A stretch of 64,000 bases of DNA from Lama guanicoe (taxonomy: Eukaryota): contig MU054338.1 of assembly GCA_013239625.1 (NCBI GenBank), positions 4,055,371-4,119,370 of the forward strand. Direction: 5' to 3'. A model generated the notes under the pieces. That model saw only the letters and a program-made list of their open reading frames with translations, ran no database searches and had not been told where the DNA came from. The position numbers were made by a program, and so were the translations under genes. Shown here piece by piece: positions 12,603-24,151 of the stretch; position 1 is the first letter of the stretch; each line of letters opens with the position of its first letter.

Positions 12603-12820
12603 TTCCGGCAAAGTCATGACTGGGTGTAAGAACATGCTGTACCAGCAGAACAAGGAAGGCATTGGGGAAGTCTGCCTCTGGGGCCGGCACGTCTTCATGG
12701 GCTACCTGGGAAGTGAGGATGCGACCTCAGAGGCCATCGACAAGGAGGGCTGGCTACACTCCGGGGACTTGGGCCGCGTGGACAACAAGGGTTTCCTCTA
12801 CATCACGGGCCGCATCAAAG
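12603..12820 (+). CDS. ACSBG2: ACSBG2 coding exon (about exon 11)
   Basis: Acceptor cccctggcag|; SGKVMTGCK...GEVCLWGRHVFMGYL...GWLHSGDLG...LYITGRIK (acyl-CoA synthetase motif II); donor G|GTACTG; 218 nt. Confidence 0.97.
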
Positions 12821-13111
12821 GTACTGGGGCTTGGCTCTGCGAGGGCCTCCTGTAAGCAGGCCCACCCTGAACCTTTAGGCTCCCAGCCTCCACCTTCCAT
12901 GGGAGACCTTGCACAGATGTACAAGGACACCCCAGTCCACACTCCACCTCCAGCTCTGTCCTTGGGCCCAGCACTTGACTCTCGGCAGGATGGACCTGGG
13001 AAAGATGCCCAACACTGCCCTGAAACCTCTGTTTCCTCCCCTGTAATTCAGGGATAATAACTGCTACAGAGCTACAGTGATTAAATGGGGAGTAAATGAA
13101 ATTATGCAGAA

Positions 13112-13441
13112 CAGGGATCAGCCGACTTTTCCCATAAAAGGCCCAGTAATAACCATGTTTTTGGATTTGCATGACATGGGTCTCTGTCGTAGCTGCTCCA
13201 CTCAGCTACTGCAGTACAAAAGCAGCCTGGACAATATGCTCACCAATGGACCTGGCCGCGTGCCCGTACAAATTTCATATGATTTTCATGTGTCACAAAC
13301 AGTATTCTTCTTTGGATTTCCTTCTGACCATTTAAAAATGGAAAAACCATTTTCAGCCCCAGCCATACAAAAAAAAAAAAAAAAAAAGGGCAGGCAGAAG
13401 GCTAGATTTAGCCCTACAGAAGGCTGCAGTCTGCCAACCTG
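13112..13441. mobile_element. MER58-like hAT DNA transposon
   Basis: CAGGGATCAGCCGACTTTT...AAAGGCCCAG...ACTCAGCTACTGCAGTACAAAAGCAGCC...TGCCAACC. Confidence 0.65.
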
Positions 13442-14658
13442 TAATGTAGAGCACTGGGCACGGAGCCTGATGTAGGCAGTAACTACATTATTCCCATGTA
13501 TAGTAATGTCAGCATCATTTCCATGATAAGCAACAGAAACCCCTTCTTAAAACAGGTTTGAGTTAAAAAGTGAAGCTATTGGCTCAAAATCAGAAAAGTC
13601 CAAAAGGTCTTGTCTCAGGCATGGCTGGATCCAGGTGCCCAAATGACATCACAAGGAATCTCTCTGTTCTTCTGTAACCAAGCTGGCCTCTGAGTTGATG
13701 CCATCCTTGAAGAGGCTTTTCTAATTTGGTGACAAGCTGGCTGCCAACTGTCTAGTCTCATCCTGACCCCCAGGGGACAAAAAAAGTGTATCATTCCCAA
13801 CAGTTTCAGCAAGTTTTTGGCCTAATTCTCACTGGATCTTCTTGGGTTAGTATCCCAACTCAGAAGGAATCACTGTAGAGGATGGAAGACGCTGACTGGT
13901 CAGACCTGGTCCCACCCAAACCACATAAAGATGGGGAGTGGGTCCCTAAATAAACCCTGAGGAGGAGTCAACCTCCTGGGCAGAAAAATGCCAGAGATGT
14001 CCATCACATGATCGTATCGATTATCACTAGTGCTACAACGGCCTCAGTAAGGGCGACTGCGAGATCATGGGAGGAGATGGAGAGCGTCCGAGTGGTGGGA
14101 CAGGAGGCAGCAAACATCCTGGGAGGAAAGAACAAGTAAAGAATGTATCTGGGGCAGGAGGAGGAGCTCTGGGAGAATTTCAGAGGTGGGGGAAAAAGCA
14201 ACACTCTTCGTTTAGAGCTTGCCAAAATGAGGAGTGCTGCACGCGCTCCCAGGGTAAGGCTGGACAGAGGTTCTCCGGGGATTGTCAAATGAAGGAAACA
14301 GCAGGAGACAGAGAGGCAGGGCATGGTCAGAAGCATCTGACGATCCTCCAAGCAAGACACACTGGAGAGTCCGGAACAGGGAATGGGGGACCAAGAAATG
14401 GGCAGTGAGTTAATAAGACCCTGTCCAAGTGGAATTCTTGATGAAAATTTGAAGCAACTGGAGGAAAAGGGGCAGAGTGACTTTGGCTCTGAGGCTTGGA
14501 GCAGGACACCGTTGAGAGTCCTGGCCATGGGCAGAGGCCCTCCTCTGCTTCCGGAGTCTTCTAGGTGAGTGGCTGCTTGTGCCCCTCTGTGATCCTCAGA
14601 GGGGCAGGGCTTTGGTATTGTCATGGTTGAACCCACCACCAGCTGCGCTTTGTTCCAG

Positions 14659-14798
14659 AAATTATCATCACTGCCGGCGGCGAGAACGTGGCCCCCATCC
14701 CCATCGAGAACCTGGTTAAGGAGAAGCTCCCCATCATCAGTAACGCCATGCTGGTGGGAGACAAAGCCAAGTTCCTGAGCATCCTGCTGACGCTGAAG
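14659..14798 (+). CDS. ACSBG2: ACSBG2 coding exon (about exon 12)
   Basis: Acceptor tttgttccag|; [17 protein letters not shown]...[10 protein letters not shown]; donor AAG|GTGATG; 140 nt. Confidence 0.97.
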
Positions 14799-14905
14799 GT
14801 GATGTGGGTGTTCTGGGCAGGGGCGAGTGCCCACTGCCTGGTCCTCAGAACTGGCCGGGGAGTGGGTGGGGATGCTGGGTGTCATGACGGGGTGTCTTGG
14901 AGCAG

Positions 14906-15152
14906 TGTGAAGTCGACAAGACAAGCGGGGAGCCGCTGGACAACCTGACCTGGGAGGCCATCAAGTTCTGCCGGGACGTGGGCAGCCAGGCGAGCACCGT
15001 GACCGAGATCGTGGAGCTGCGAGACCCCCTGGTCTACATGGCCATCCAGAAAGGCATAAACGCTGTGAATCAGCAAGCCATCTCCAACGCACAAAAGATC
15101 CAGAAGTGGGTCATCCTGGAGAAGGACTTTTCCATCGGTGGAGGAGAGCTAG
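14906..15152 (+). CDS. ACSBG2: ACSBG2 coding exon (about exon 13)
   Basis: Acceptor ggagcag|; [12 protein letters not shown]...[21 protein letters not shown]; donor G|GTGAGT; 247 nt. Confidence 0.96.
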
Positions 15153-15323
15153 GTGAGTGGCGTGGGAGCCAGTGGCCTTGGCCCTTGGAAGCTGGTTCCT
15201 TGTTAGTGTCTAGTGGCATGTGGGCTCTGAGGAGATGTGTCTTTTTCTGGGAGTCAGAGGGGACCAGCCATGGAGCAGGAGGGGATGCCACCTCCAGCTG
15301 ACTAGTGCCCGGGTCCCCCGGAC

Positions 15324-15348
15324 CACACACACACACACACACACACAC
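15324..15348. repeat. (CA)n microsatellite
   Basis: Uninterrupted CA run of about 12 units. Confidence 0.95.
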
Positions 15349-15815
15349 GTGCCTCAATCTTTTTATCTCCAAGTTGTAAACGCCATCCTTGCGGGGTGGT
15401 CCAGGACACCTTGAGGGAAGCCCAAACCCCCTGGTAACCGGAGCCTGGGGAGCGACTCCCGAGGTCACGTGTTCACCCCACCATGGACTTGCTGGGTGAC
15501 TTCAGAGCGACTGGCCCTCTCTGAGCCTCACCTATAAAATCGGGGGGTGGGGGCCCCCCTCACCGGGTACATGGTCCTCAGCAGGCAGACTTCGGCACAC
15601 CCTCCACCTCCTGGCTCGGAATCCTCCCCACAGCCCAAGCACAAAGTGGGGCTCTGTCAGCCCCACTGATGGCGAAGGCGGTGCACCCTGGAGGTCGACG
15701 GCAAAGCCGGCCACAGCCCAGCCCCAGCCACGAGGCCCTGCTGCCCGGTCACAGGCAGGGCTTGTGGACTCTTATTTCTTCCCCTCGACTGAACTGGTCT
15801 CTCCTCTCCTGACAG

Positions 15816-15889
15816 GTCCCACGACAAAGATGAAAAGACACTTCATAATCCAGAAATATAAAAGGCAGATCGAAAACCTCTACCACTGA
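15816..15889 (+). CDS. ACSBG2: ACSBG2 last coding exon (about exon 14) to stop codon
   Basis: Acceptor ctcctctcctgacag|; GPTTKMKRHFIIQKYKRQIENLYH*; TGA at 15887-15889. Confidence 0.96.
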
Positions 15890-16544
15890 CTTCTTTGGCA
15901 AAGCTGCTCCGGGCTGCCCCGATGGTAAGACTGGCCTTGCTGGGCTGTGCCTCAAACAGGTCCAGCAGAGGGGGCCCCCTGAGTGGCAGGCGGGTCTGCG
16001 AGGCCACGTGCACACGCGTTCGGCTGCTGTGGGTTCTGGATAGTGTCTGCCCTCCACTCGCACTCTGCCAGGGCTGGCAGGGCACACGGACTCCTTCCTG
16101 GCTGGCTGCCAACACTGCTGGTTGCATTTTCACTCATCTCACAGAGGGAGCAGGGCCATCTTCCCACCTAGGACCAGAGCTGTTGTTTCTGTTTTTCTGT
16201 CAAATGCCCCAATGTTTCCTTGCGGCTTATTTGGCGAAGGCCTTCAGTCAGAAACTTTGGTGGGGGAAGATCCACCTGCTGGGAACCAAGGAATGAGGTG
16301 TGTCAGCCCATCCCAGGGGGTGACGGATGGAGGCCTGAGCTCCTTCCACCCCTCCTTGTGCTTCCCCCAAAATCTGGGTCACAGAGAGCCCACGTGATGC
16401 CAGGAGTCACTGATAGGATCGTGGGAAGCCAGCTAGAAGTACGGCGCAGGCAGAGAGCAGAACACATCTTCAGCTGTCCCAAGGGCCACCTGTAACCCTC
16501 TCATGACCCAGTCATCCCCTTCAGATGCCCCCAGCCAACACACC

Positions 16545-16894
16545 TGTGTCAGTTTGCCAGGACTGCCGCAGAACAAAGTACCACAGAGCACGCGGCTTAA
16601 ACAACAGGAATTTATTTTCTCAAGGCTCTGGAGGCTGGAAGACACCAAGATCAGGGTGTTTCTGAAGCCCCTCCTTGGCCTGCAGACGGCCGCCTTCTCC
16701 CTGTGCTTCTGGGTCTGAATTTCCCCTTCTTCCAGGGACACCTGTTGTATTGGATTAGGGCTCACCGTAATGAGCTGCTTTCGACCTGATCACCTCTCTA
16801 ACGACCCCGTCTCCAAATACACTCGCATGCTGAGGTCCTGGGTGTCAGGACATCGACATATGAATTTGCGAGGGGGGCATAATTCAGCCCAGAA
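16545..16894. mobile_element. MLT1-type MaLR solo LTR
   Basis: TG...CA ends; GGCTTAAACAACAGGAATTTATTTTCTCA...TCTGGAGGCTGGAAG...ATAATTCAGCCCAGAACA. Confidence 0.8.
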
Positions 16895-17371
16895 CACCAC
16901 CATATTCGTTTTCTGTTCTTCATCATTAACTGATTTAACTCCTCAGCACCTTCATTTGTCCAAGCCTCGTGGGTGAGCCCAGCAGTTAAACACAACACAT
17001 TCATTATTCTGCATCTTTTGCAAGACTCCCAGTTTCACTTTGCAGCTGGGTAAGAGACCACCCCACACTGGTGCTGGAGGGCAGACGGGCCCTCCGTACC
17101 TGTGCTGTCCACTACAGCAGCCACTGGCCACGATGTGGCCCAGCTGGGTTGAGGTGTGATGTGCGTGTACACACACTGGGGTACGAGATAAAGTAAATTA
17201 CCTCATTAATATTTAAAAATATCGAATGAATGTTGGAATGACGCTATTTTGGACATACTGGGTTACAGTAAATACAGTACCTAGCTCAATTTTACCAGGT
17301 CCTTTTTTGTGTGGTTACACAGGTGGCTCACATGACAGTTCTCCTGGAAGGCACCACACTCTAAAGTTCAC

Positions 17372-17515
17372 GGGAGGGGGCGATGGCTCAGTGGTCAAGT
17401 GTGTGCTTAGCATGCATGAGGTCCTGGGTTCAATTCCCAGTACATCCATTTAAAAAAAACATATATATATATATGTAAACCTAATTACCCCCACAAAACA
17501 ATTAACAAACAAAAA
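17372..17515 (+). mobile_element. Vic-1-type camelid tRNA-derived SINE with TSD
   Basis: GGGAGGGGGCGATGGCTCAGTGGTC (A box)...GGGTTCAATTCCCAG (B box); A/AT tail with CCTAATTACC; direct repeat TAAAGTTCA at 17362-17370 and 17516-17524. Confidence 0.85.
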
Positions 17516-17675
17516 TAAAGTTCATCAGGGAGGGATTCCACTTCTTTTCTAATTTCTAAGTGGATCTGCTCATTCAGGAATATTTCCATTTTACGGTGAC
17601 TCGTGGGGACCCAGGGAATGAACACACATGCATCAAGGATTCCCAGGTGATAACCTGCCTTTCTCTGCTCTCCAG

Positions 17676-18110
17676 ACTCCAACAGGAAGATGTCATCGCG
17701 ATGTGATCGGCTGCTCTGGGTGGGGACTGGAGTCTCTCTTATTTCTGAGAAGCCAGATTCCCTCGGGTCACTCCTCCTCGTCCACCTGAGGAAGAGGTAC
17801 GCCCTTTCTGACCTGCCCCGCCTTCGGCAGCAACAGGCCCGTCACAGATCTTTGAGTTACTGTGAAGCATCAGGGTGTGATCCCGGGGAAGCTCACAGGG
17901 AGGTGTCTGAAGAACTGCCTGTTTAGAAGATCTGACCTTATAGGTTCTAACCAGATGTTTTTCCTCCCCAGAGGGCTGACTGAGCCATCAGAGAAGAAAA
18001 GCATCCACAGGCCTGAAGAAGAACTGGGCCCCCAAACCCACTCGTCTTCCTGGAAGCAACCTGGAAAGCCATCCAATAAGTTCCAACAATAAAGCGCTTC
18101 AGCATCCCGT
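17676..18110 (+). other. ACSBG2: Probable non-coding terminal exon (3' UTR) of ACSBG2
   Basis: Donor ATG|GTAAGA at 15925 after the stop; strong acceptor ctgcctttctctgctctccag| ending 17675; AATAAA at 18088. The 3' end is approximate. Confidence 0.7.
18088..18093 (+). terminator. ACSBG2 polyadenylation signal
   Basis: AATAAA followed about 20 nt later by a GU/U-rich element (ctggtttttgg). Confidence 0.7.
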
Positions 18111-18871
18111 GCCCTGGTTTTTGGCCATATGAAAACATCTTGGCCTTTGTTGAGAAGCTCAGACTCTAAGATCAGTTCTGGGTTCAACCTTCTGATTTGG
18201 GGGGTGGGGTGGGTTTTACATGTAAAAGTAGACCCCCATCTCACAGAGTGGCTGTGACGGTGCATCGAGATGACAAATGGGGAGCAGTGTCTGATGCCTC
18301 TCAGCCCCCACACGTGTTCACGGTTTTCATCGAAGCACCCTGTCAGTCCTGGCTGACAGCTAGGGTTCTCAGTGGCCTCTGTCTTTTGAGAAAGGTGAGT
18401 TTGCTATTGTCACAGGGTCTGAAACAGCAGAAGTTTGCAAGACGATGGAAGTTTCTTGTCCGACAGTCCATGCAAAGACAGATCAAAGCTGACAGGGCAT
18501 ATCCAGTGTATGTCCCTGAAAGAATATAGGTTGGGGGGAGCCAGGGTAGGGGGACATCTCCTAGCGCAGAGGGGACAGCCCATCAGGACAGGAGGAAGCA
18601 AACTTCCAGTGTCCCCCAAGGTTCTAGACAGCCAGAGGGACCCCTTTTCCTTTAACTGCCTTTTTAAAATGTAAAATTATGTACACCAGAAATTAACACC
18701 ACGTCATAAATCGACAGTACTTCAATAAAAAATAAATACAATAAAATTATAAATAGATCAGAAATGTATGGAGACATTCTCCTTGCAAAAAAAGGACTTG
18801 ATGCAGATAAGGCTAAAGCCGTTACTTGGTGGCTCTCCTCATCCACTTGGTAAGTTCTTTATATGCAAGTA

Positions 18872-19360
18872 TAGTCAATCCTCTTTATTTACAGATTCCA
18901 TCTTTACAAGTTTGCCTGCTCACAAAAATCAATTGTAACCCCCCAAATATGCTTCTGGCACTTTTGTAGCCATCTCTGGAAATGCACGTAACAGTGAAAT
19001 TTTTAATCGCCATCGTGCACGTTCTCAGCTGGATGTCCAACGAGCTGCTGCTCTGCCTTCTGGCTTCAGTGCAGACTGTGAACGCGTGTCTCCCTGGGGG
19101 TCTATTTAGTGCTGTGTTTTTCGCATTTTTGTTGGTGATTTTGCTGTTGAAACAGCCCTCAAGCACAGTGCTGAAGTGCTGACTAACGCGCATGAATGCA
19201 ACGAGGCTGTGACGTGCCTCCCTTGAGGCATGAGTTATATGCTGTTGGCCATGAGTTCACCACTAAAGAATCATCAACGTACACTGAATAAGGTGTCCCT
19301 GAACAGAAACACACGGAACACAAGGTGCACACTGATCAGTGGATAAAAATGTTGTGACAG
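18872..19360. mobile_element. Tigger-family (MER82-like) DNA transposon, truncated by L1
   Basis: GGTCTATTTAGTGC...TTGGTGATTTTGCTGTT...GGCATGAGTTATA...AAATGTTGTGAC recalled as MER82-like; sequence switches to L1 5' UTR at about 19365. Confidence 0.65.
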
Positions 19361-19364
19361 AGAG

Positions 19365-22310
19365 AGGGGAACAAGCGTGGAGTAGGAGCATGTGGAGATC
19401 ACCTCCGCCCACGAACACATCAAAAATACATCTCAGCGTGGAACAATTCTCACAGGAAATTGACTGGCAAGTGGCAGATTTCTCCTACAACCAATGCTGC
19501 AAGATCTCCATGTACCCAGGTAGGATGAGAAAGAAAGGCATCAGGACCCCTGAGGGATCTGTAAGGCAGCGAAGGTCCATCCGGGCAGACTCGCCCTGGG
19601 GAGTCCCATACCTGTGGGGAAGCCCGCTGGGACAGACAGGGGCTGGAGAAGCCTGGACCCTACTGGTGAAAAGCACACACTGCGGCTTGCTAATAATCAG
19701 GGCGGAGAGAGACCAGCTCTGGTGGCTTCCCCCCTGCAACTTCTAATCCAAAGGGGCAGACGCCCAGACCCCCCAGATCCACACTGCAGCCTGGTGTGAG
19801 ATCAGGGCAGAGACTGGTCTCACTGCGCAGAGACAGAATGGGCGTCTGGGGTGTGATGCGCTCAGTACACGCGCTGGGCCATGGGAGCACTCAGGGGCTA
19901 AGTGCTGAGTCTCAGACAGACAGGCCCTGGGAGGGACTTGACCCAGCTGTGCAGAGACAGCCCGAAAGCCTGGGGTGTGGGGGGAACCGCGGAGCCTACT
20001 GTCAGCACCGAATGGCGCCACGGAGATGCACGGCAGCTGGACACTGAGTCTCGGGCGGACAGCACCGCGGCCCCTAGTCCCAGCCTACTCCACGCCACAG
20101 CCTAGCACTAGGTCTGGGATGAACACAACAGAGAAAGGGACACAACTGTAGGCTGCTTCTGGGTGGAACTGCAGGCACCTGCACAGGCAGCACATAGGTT
20201 CACGGTGACCACACGGGCCTCACCTGCTTCAGTGGTCACCTCCTCTGGGGCAGGGTGTACATTCAGGGCAACAAAGCCTGATCGAACCTGACCCTCAGGG
20301 CTTCTATTCCAACAACCAGGGAGCAGACCCCACCCCGACAGGTGGGTGATAGCCATGGAGAAAGAAGAGGCCCTGACAAACACCCAGCACAGGCTCTGGA
20401 CATCCCCCACGAAGGGGATAACAGCCCACACACCCTGAGGAAAGACGCTGCTCGCGTCCGTACCAAACACAGCCCTCACTCCAAAAATACTGAACTCAAA
20501 GGCCTACCCAGGGACACTCCCACATAAAAACACCCCTTCAAGATCACAGTAGATGACTGTTTCTCCTAAATTCATAGAGACAGAGAAAGCTAAGTAGAAT
20601 AAAAAAGCAGGGGAACTACTCCCAGTTAAAAGAACAAGAGAAATACCCTGAAAGAACAAACAGTGAAACAGACCTCAGCAGTGCACTAGACCCTGAGCTC
20701 AAAAAAGAGGTAATAAAAATGCTACCAGAATGAAGAAAGGCCAGTGACAGGAATGCAGATCACTGTAACGAGGAAGCAGAAACTATAAAGATGAACCAAT
20801 CAAAATTAGACAATTTAACTGCTGAGCCAGTTCTAGAAGCCAATCTAGAAGCAATGAACAGCAGACTGAACGACACAGAAGAACAAATAAGTGATCTGGA
20901 ATATAGAAAATGGAAGTCACCCACCCACTCAGAAGAGCAGACGAAAGACAAAGGAAAAAAAAAGCAACATAAGAGATCTACGGGATAATTCAAAGCGTGC
21001 CAACCCGCATGTAATGGGGGTTCCAGAAGCAGAAGAGAGAGAGAAGGGATTCGAAAAGTATTAGAAGAAATTGTGGCTGAAAACTTCCCAAACCTAAAGA
21101 AGGAAACAGATAGCTAGGTACAGGAAGCACAGAGGGTCCCAAACAAGATGCACCCAAATAGACTCATACTGAGAATTGTCATAATTAAAACAGCAAAAGT
21201 TAAATATAAAGAGACGATTCTACAGGTAACAAGAGAAAAACAAACTGCCAGTTACACGAGAACCCCCAGAGGGCTATCATTGAAATCTCTGCAGAAACTC
21301 TGCAGGCCAGAAGGGAGTGCATGATATATTCCAGGTCCTGAAAGAGGCAAACCTGCAACATAGGATAAAGTACCCAACAAGATTATCACTTAGAGAAGAA
21401 GGAGAGATAAAGGACTTCCCAGCCAAGCGAAAACTAAAAGAATTCAGCAATACTAAACCTAACATTAAAAAAATACTGAAAGGTCTTCTCTAAATAGAAG
21501 AGAAGCAAAAATCTATAGGAAAGAGAATGATAATTGGAAAGGCAAATATATAAGAGGGTTGAAGATCACTAAATAAGCCAGTAATCGATTAAAAATAATA
21601 AATTATATAATTATATAATTACAACTACCATTAACAACAGAAAGATAAGCATGAAGATGTAAAACAGGACATCAAAATCACAAAATGTGCGTAAGGGGAG
21701 TATAAAAATGTACATCTTTTAGAATATGTTTGAACTTGAATGACTATCAGTTTAAAGCAAGAAGATATAGTTTTGAGTCAACATACTTGAAATCCAGGGC
21801 AATCACAAATCAAAACATACAACAGACTCACACAGAAAAAGGAACCCCAGCAAACTACAAAAGAACACTATCAAACCACAAAAGGAGAGAAGAAAAAAAA
21901 AAAAGAAACAAAGAATTACAAAAACAACTGGAAAGCAAGGCTTAAAATGGAAGTAAGTAAACCCCTATCAAGGACTACTTCGAATGCCAATGAACGACAT
22001 GCTCTGATCAAAAGATACAGAGCGGCAGACTGCATTCAAAAACCAGAACCTACAACACGCTGCCTGTAAGAGACTCGCTGAAGGGCGAAAGACAGCACGG
22101 ACTGAAAGGCGAAAGACAGCACGGACTGAAAGCGAGGGGATGGGAAAAATATTTCATGCAAGCGGGGAACAAGAAGAAAGTGGGGGTAGCAATACTGAAA
22201 CCAGACAAAACAGACTTTAAAATAAAGTCCATGGAGAATGACCAAGAAGAACATCATACAATCATAAAGGGATCAATACAAGAAAAAGATATTACACTTG
22301 TCAACATTCA
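19365..22310 (+). mobile_element. LINE-1 5' portion: 5' UTR, degenerate ORF1 and start of ORF2 endonuclease
   Basis: ORF1 remnants (GVPEAEERE, EEIVAENFPNL, QEAQRVPNKM) at 21.0-21.2 kb; ORF2 EN remnant AGNKKKVGVAILKPDKTDFK...IIKGSIQEKDITLVNIHA at 22156-22313; stops and frameshifts. Confidence 0.9.
22084..22131 (+). repeat. 24-bp perfect tandem duplication inside L1 ORF2
   Basis: GGCGAAAGACAGCACGGACTGAAA twice. Confidence 0.95.
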
Positions 22311-22314
22311 TGCA

Positions 22315-23132
22315 CAGGCAGGAACTCTCGAGGCTGACATCTTTCTGGGGTCGCTGGCACTGGGACCTGGCCCCACTCAACAGTCCAAGCCACCTGAAGA
22401 CTTCCTGAGCCCACAGCCACCTCCAGACACGCCCCCAGGCACGGCCCTGCCCACCAGAGGGGCAGGATCCAGCTCCACCCACCGCTGGGGGGGAACCAAC
22501 CCCTCCCACCAGGAAGCACAAACAAGCCTCTAGACCAGCCTCACGACTGGCCTCAGACACCAGAAGCAAGAAGACTATGACCCACAGTCCGTGGAACGAG
22601 TCCACAACACAGGCTAGACTCAACCCTGGGACCAGCCGGCCCTGGCCATTGGCTGACAAGAGAGGAGTGCACTGCTGGGACACAGAGGACGTCACCTACA
22701 GAGAGCCACTTCTCCAAGGTCAAGAAACGTAACTAACCCACCACATACATAAAAATACAAATAGAAATTTAGACAAAATGAAGTGGCAGAGAAATATGTT
22801 TCAGACAAAGAAACAAGATAAAATCCGCAAGGAAGAACAAAGTGATGTGGAGAAGGCAATCTTCCCGAGAAAGAGTTCCAAGTGATGATCATAAAGATGG
22901 TCAGAGGACGTGGGAGGAGAATGGATGCACAGACCAAGAGTTAGTTTACGAAGAGTTAGAAAATATAAAGAACCAAACAGAATGAAGAATACAGTAACTG
23001 AGATGAAAAATTAACTAGGAAGAACCAATAGTAGACTGAGTGAGGCAGAAGAACAGGCCAGTAAGCCAGAAGACAGACTAGTGTAAATCAATGCCACAGA
23101 AGAGAAAAAAGAAAAAAAGAATGAAGATAACC
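22315..23132 (+). mobile_element. Second LINE-1 5' fragment (5' UTR tail and ORF1 N-terminus)
   Basis: GC-rich UTR-like segment, then AAAATGAAGTGGCAGAGAAATATGTTTCAGAC (MKWQRNMFQ) and A-rich coiled-coil-coding sequence typical of L1 ORF1. Confidence 0.75.
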
Positions 23133-23700
23133 ACCTTCGGAATCCAATCCCATATACCACCCCCAGGTTTTCTGCCCAGTAAACATTAGCCAAATCTTGT
23201 AAGTCATTCGCAAGTCTCCAAGGTCTGACTTTGCAAGTGGCCTCCCAGAGCACCTGAGACTTGATTCCACTTTAGGTGTGGAGGCAGGGGTAGGGGGAGA
23301 GGGGGAGAGAGGAAAACTGGCCCCGATTTGCAAGGTAAACATCTCATTTGATGGCAGGACAGGTTGTTTTTGCTGGAGGGAGGCTGAGTAGGGATGGCTG
23401 AGTTCAGGACACTGAAGTCACCCATGTTCTCCCAGATCATACCATTCCAATTCTCAAGGTGCCTCTTGTCTCACATAATGCCGAAACTTTCACACAAAGA
23501 CCTGGCAAAGCTGTGAATTCACTCCACATGACAATTCAGCAGCCTGTAGCTGGAAGAGGGAAGAGGTCCCTGAAGGCAGCCACGGAAACAGATTCCCTGA
23601 ACATGCTCTGAGGTGAGAGCTTGAACTCAGGGCCTGTCATTTTTTCAGTCCCCGCTCTTACCCGCTCTCATAAACAGCCTGTCTCCTCAAAAGTCCCTGT
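23133..23700 (-). mobile_element. ERVL/MaLR-type gag internal remnant
   Basis: Minus-strand pieces ENWNGMIWENMGDFSVLNS and DLQDLANVYW/(frameshift)KPGGGIWDWIPKV resemble the ERVL Gag motifs ENWNGDIWED and ELQDLAN.Y.QKPGE..WEWI.RV. Confidence 0.65.
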
Positions 23701-23941
23701 AATTCCAGTGTCTCCCATAATGACCTACTCTTCCCGCCCCTCAGTCTACCAGATCCCTGCCTTTAATTAAAGAACAGAGATGGAAGACTTTCAATTGAAT
23801 GACTTACAATAAAGCTTTGTGATCAAGACAGTGAGGCACTGGTGTAAAGACAGACACATAAATCAATAAAACAAAACAGAGAGTCCAGAAATGAAAACTC
23901 ATGTTTACAGTCAACTGATTTTTTGATAAAAGTTGCCAAGG

Positions 23942-24079
23942 TCATACCTCCCGAGAAAACTCTAACTCAAAAAGATACATGCACCCCAATGTTCGTAGCA
24001 GCACTATTTACAATGGCCAAGACATGAAGGCAACCTAAGTGTCCATCTACAGATGACCAGATAAAGAAAATGTGGTAGA

Positions 24080-24151
<72 letters not shown>

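Noticed and set aside
14004..14924. 306-aa minus-strand ORF
   Set aside because: Antisense to an ACSBG2 exon and a purine-rich intron; no domain or independent gene signals.
17375..17447. tRNA gene
   Set aside because: A and B boxes are present, but the A-rich tail, TSD and a second diverged copy show it is a SINE.
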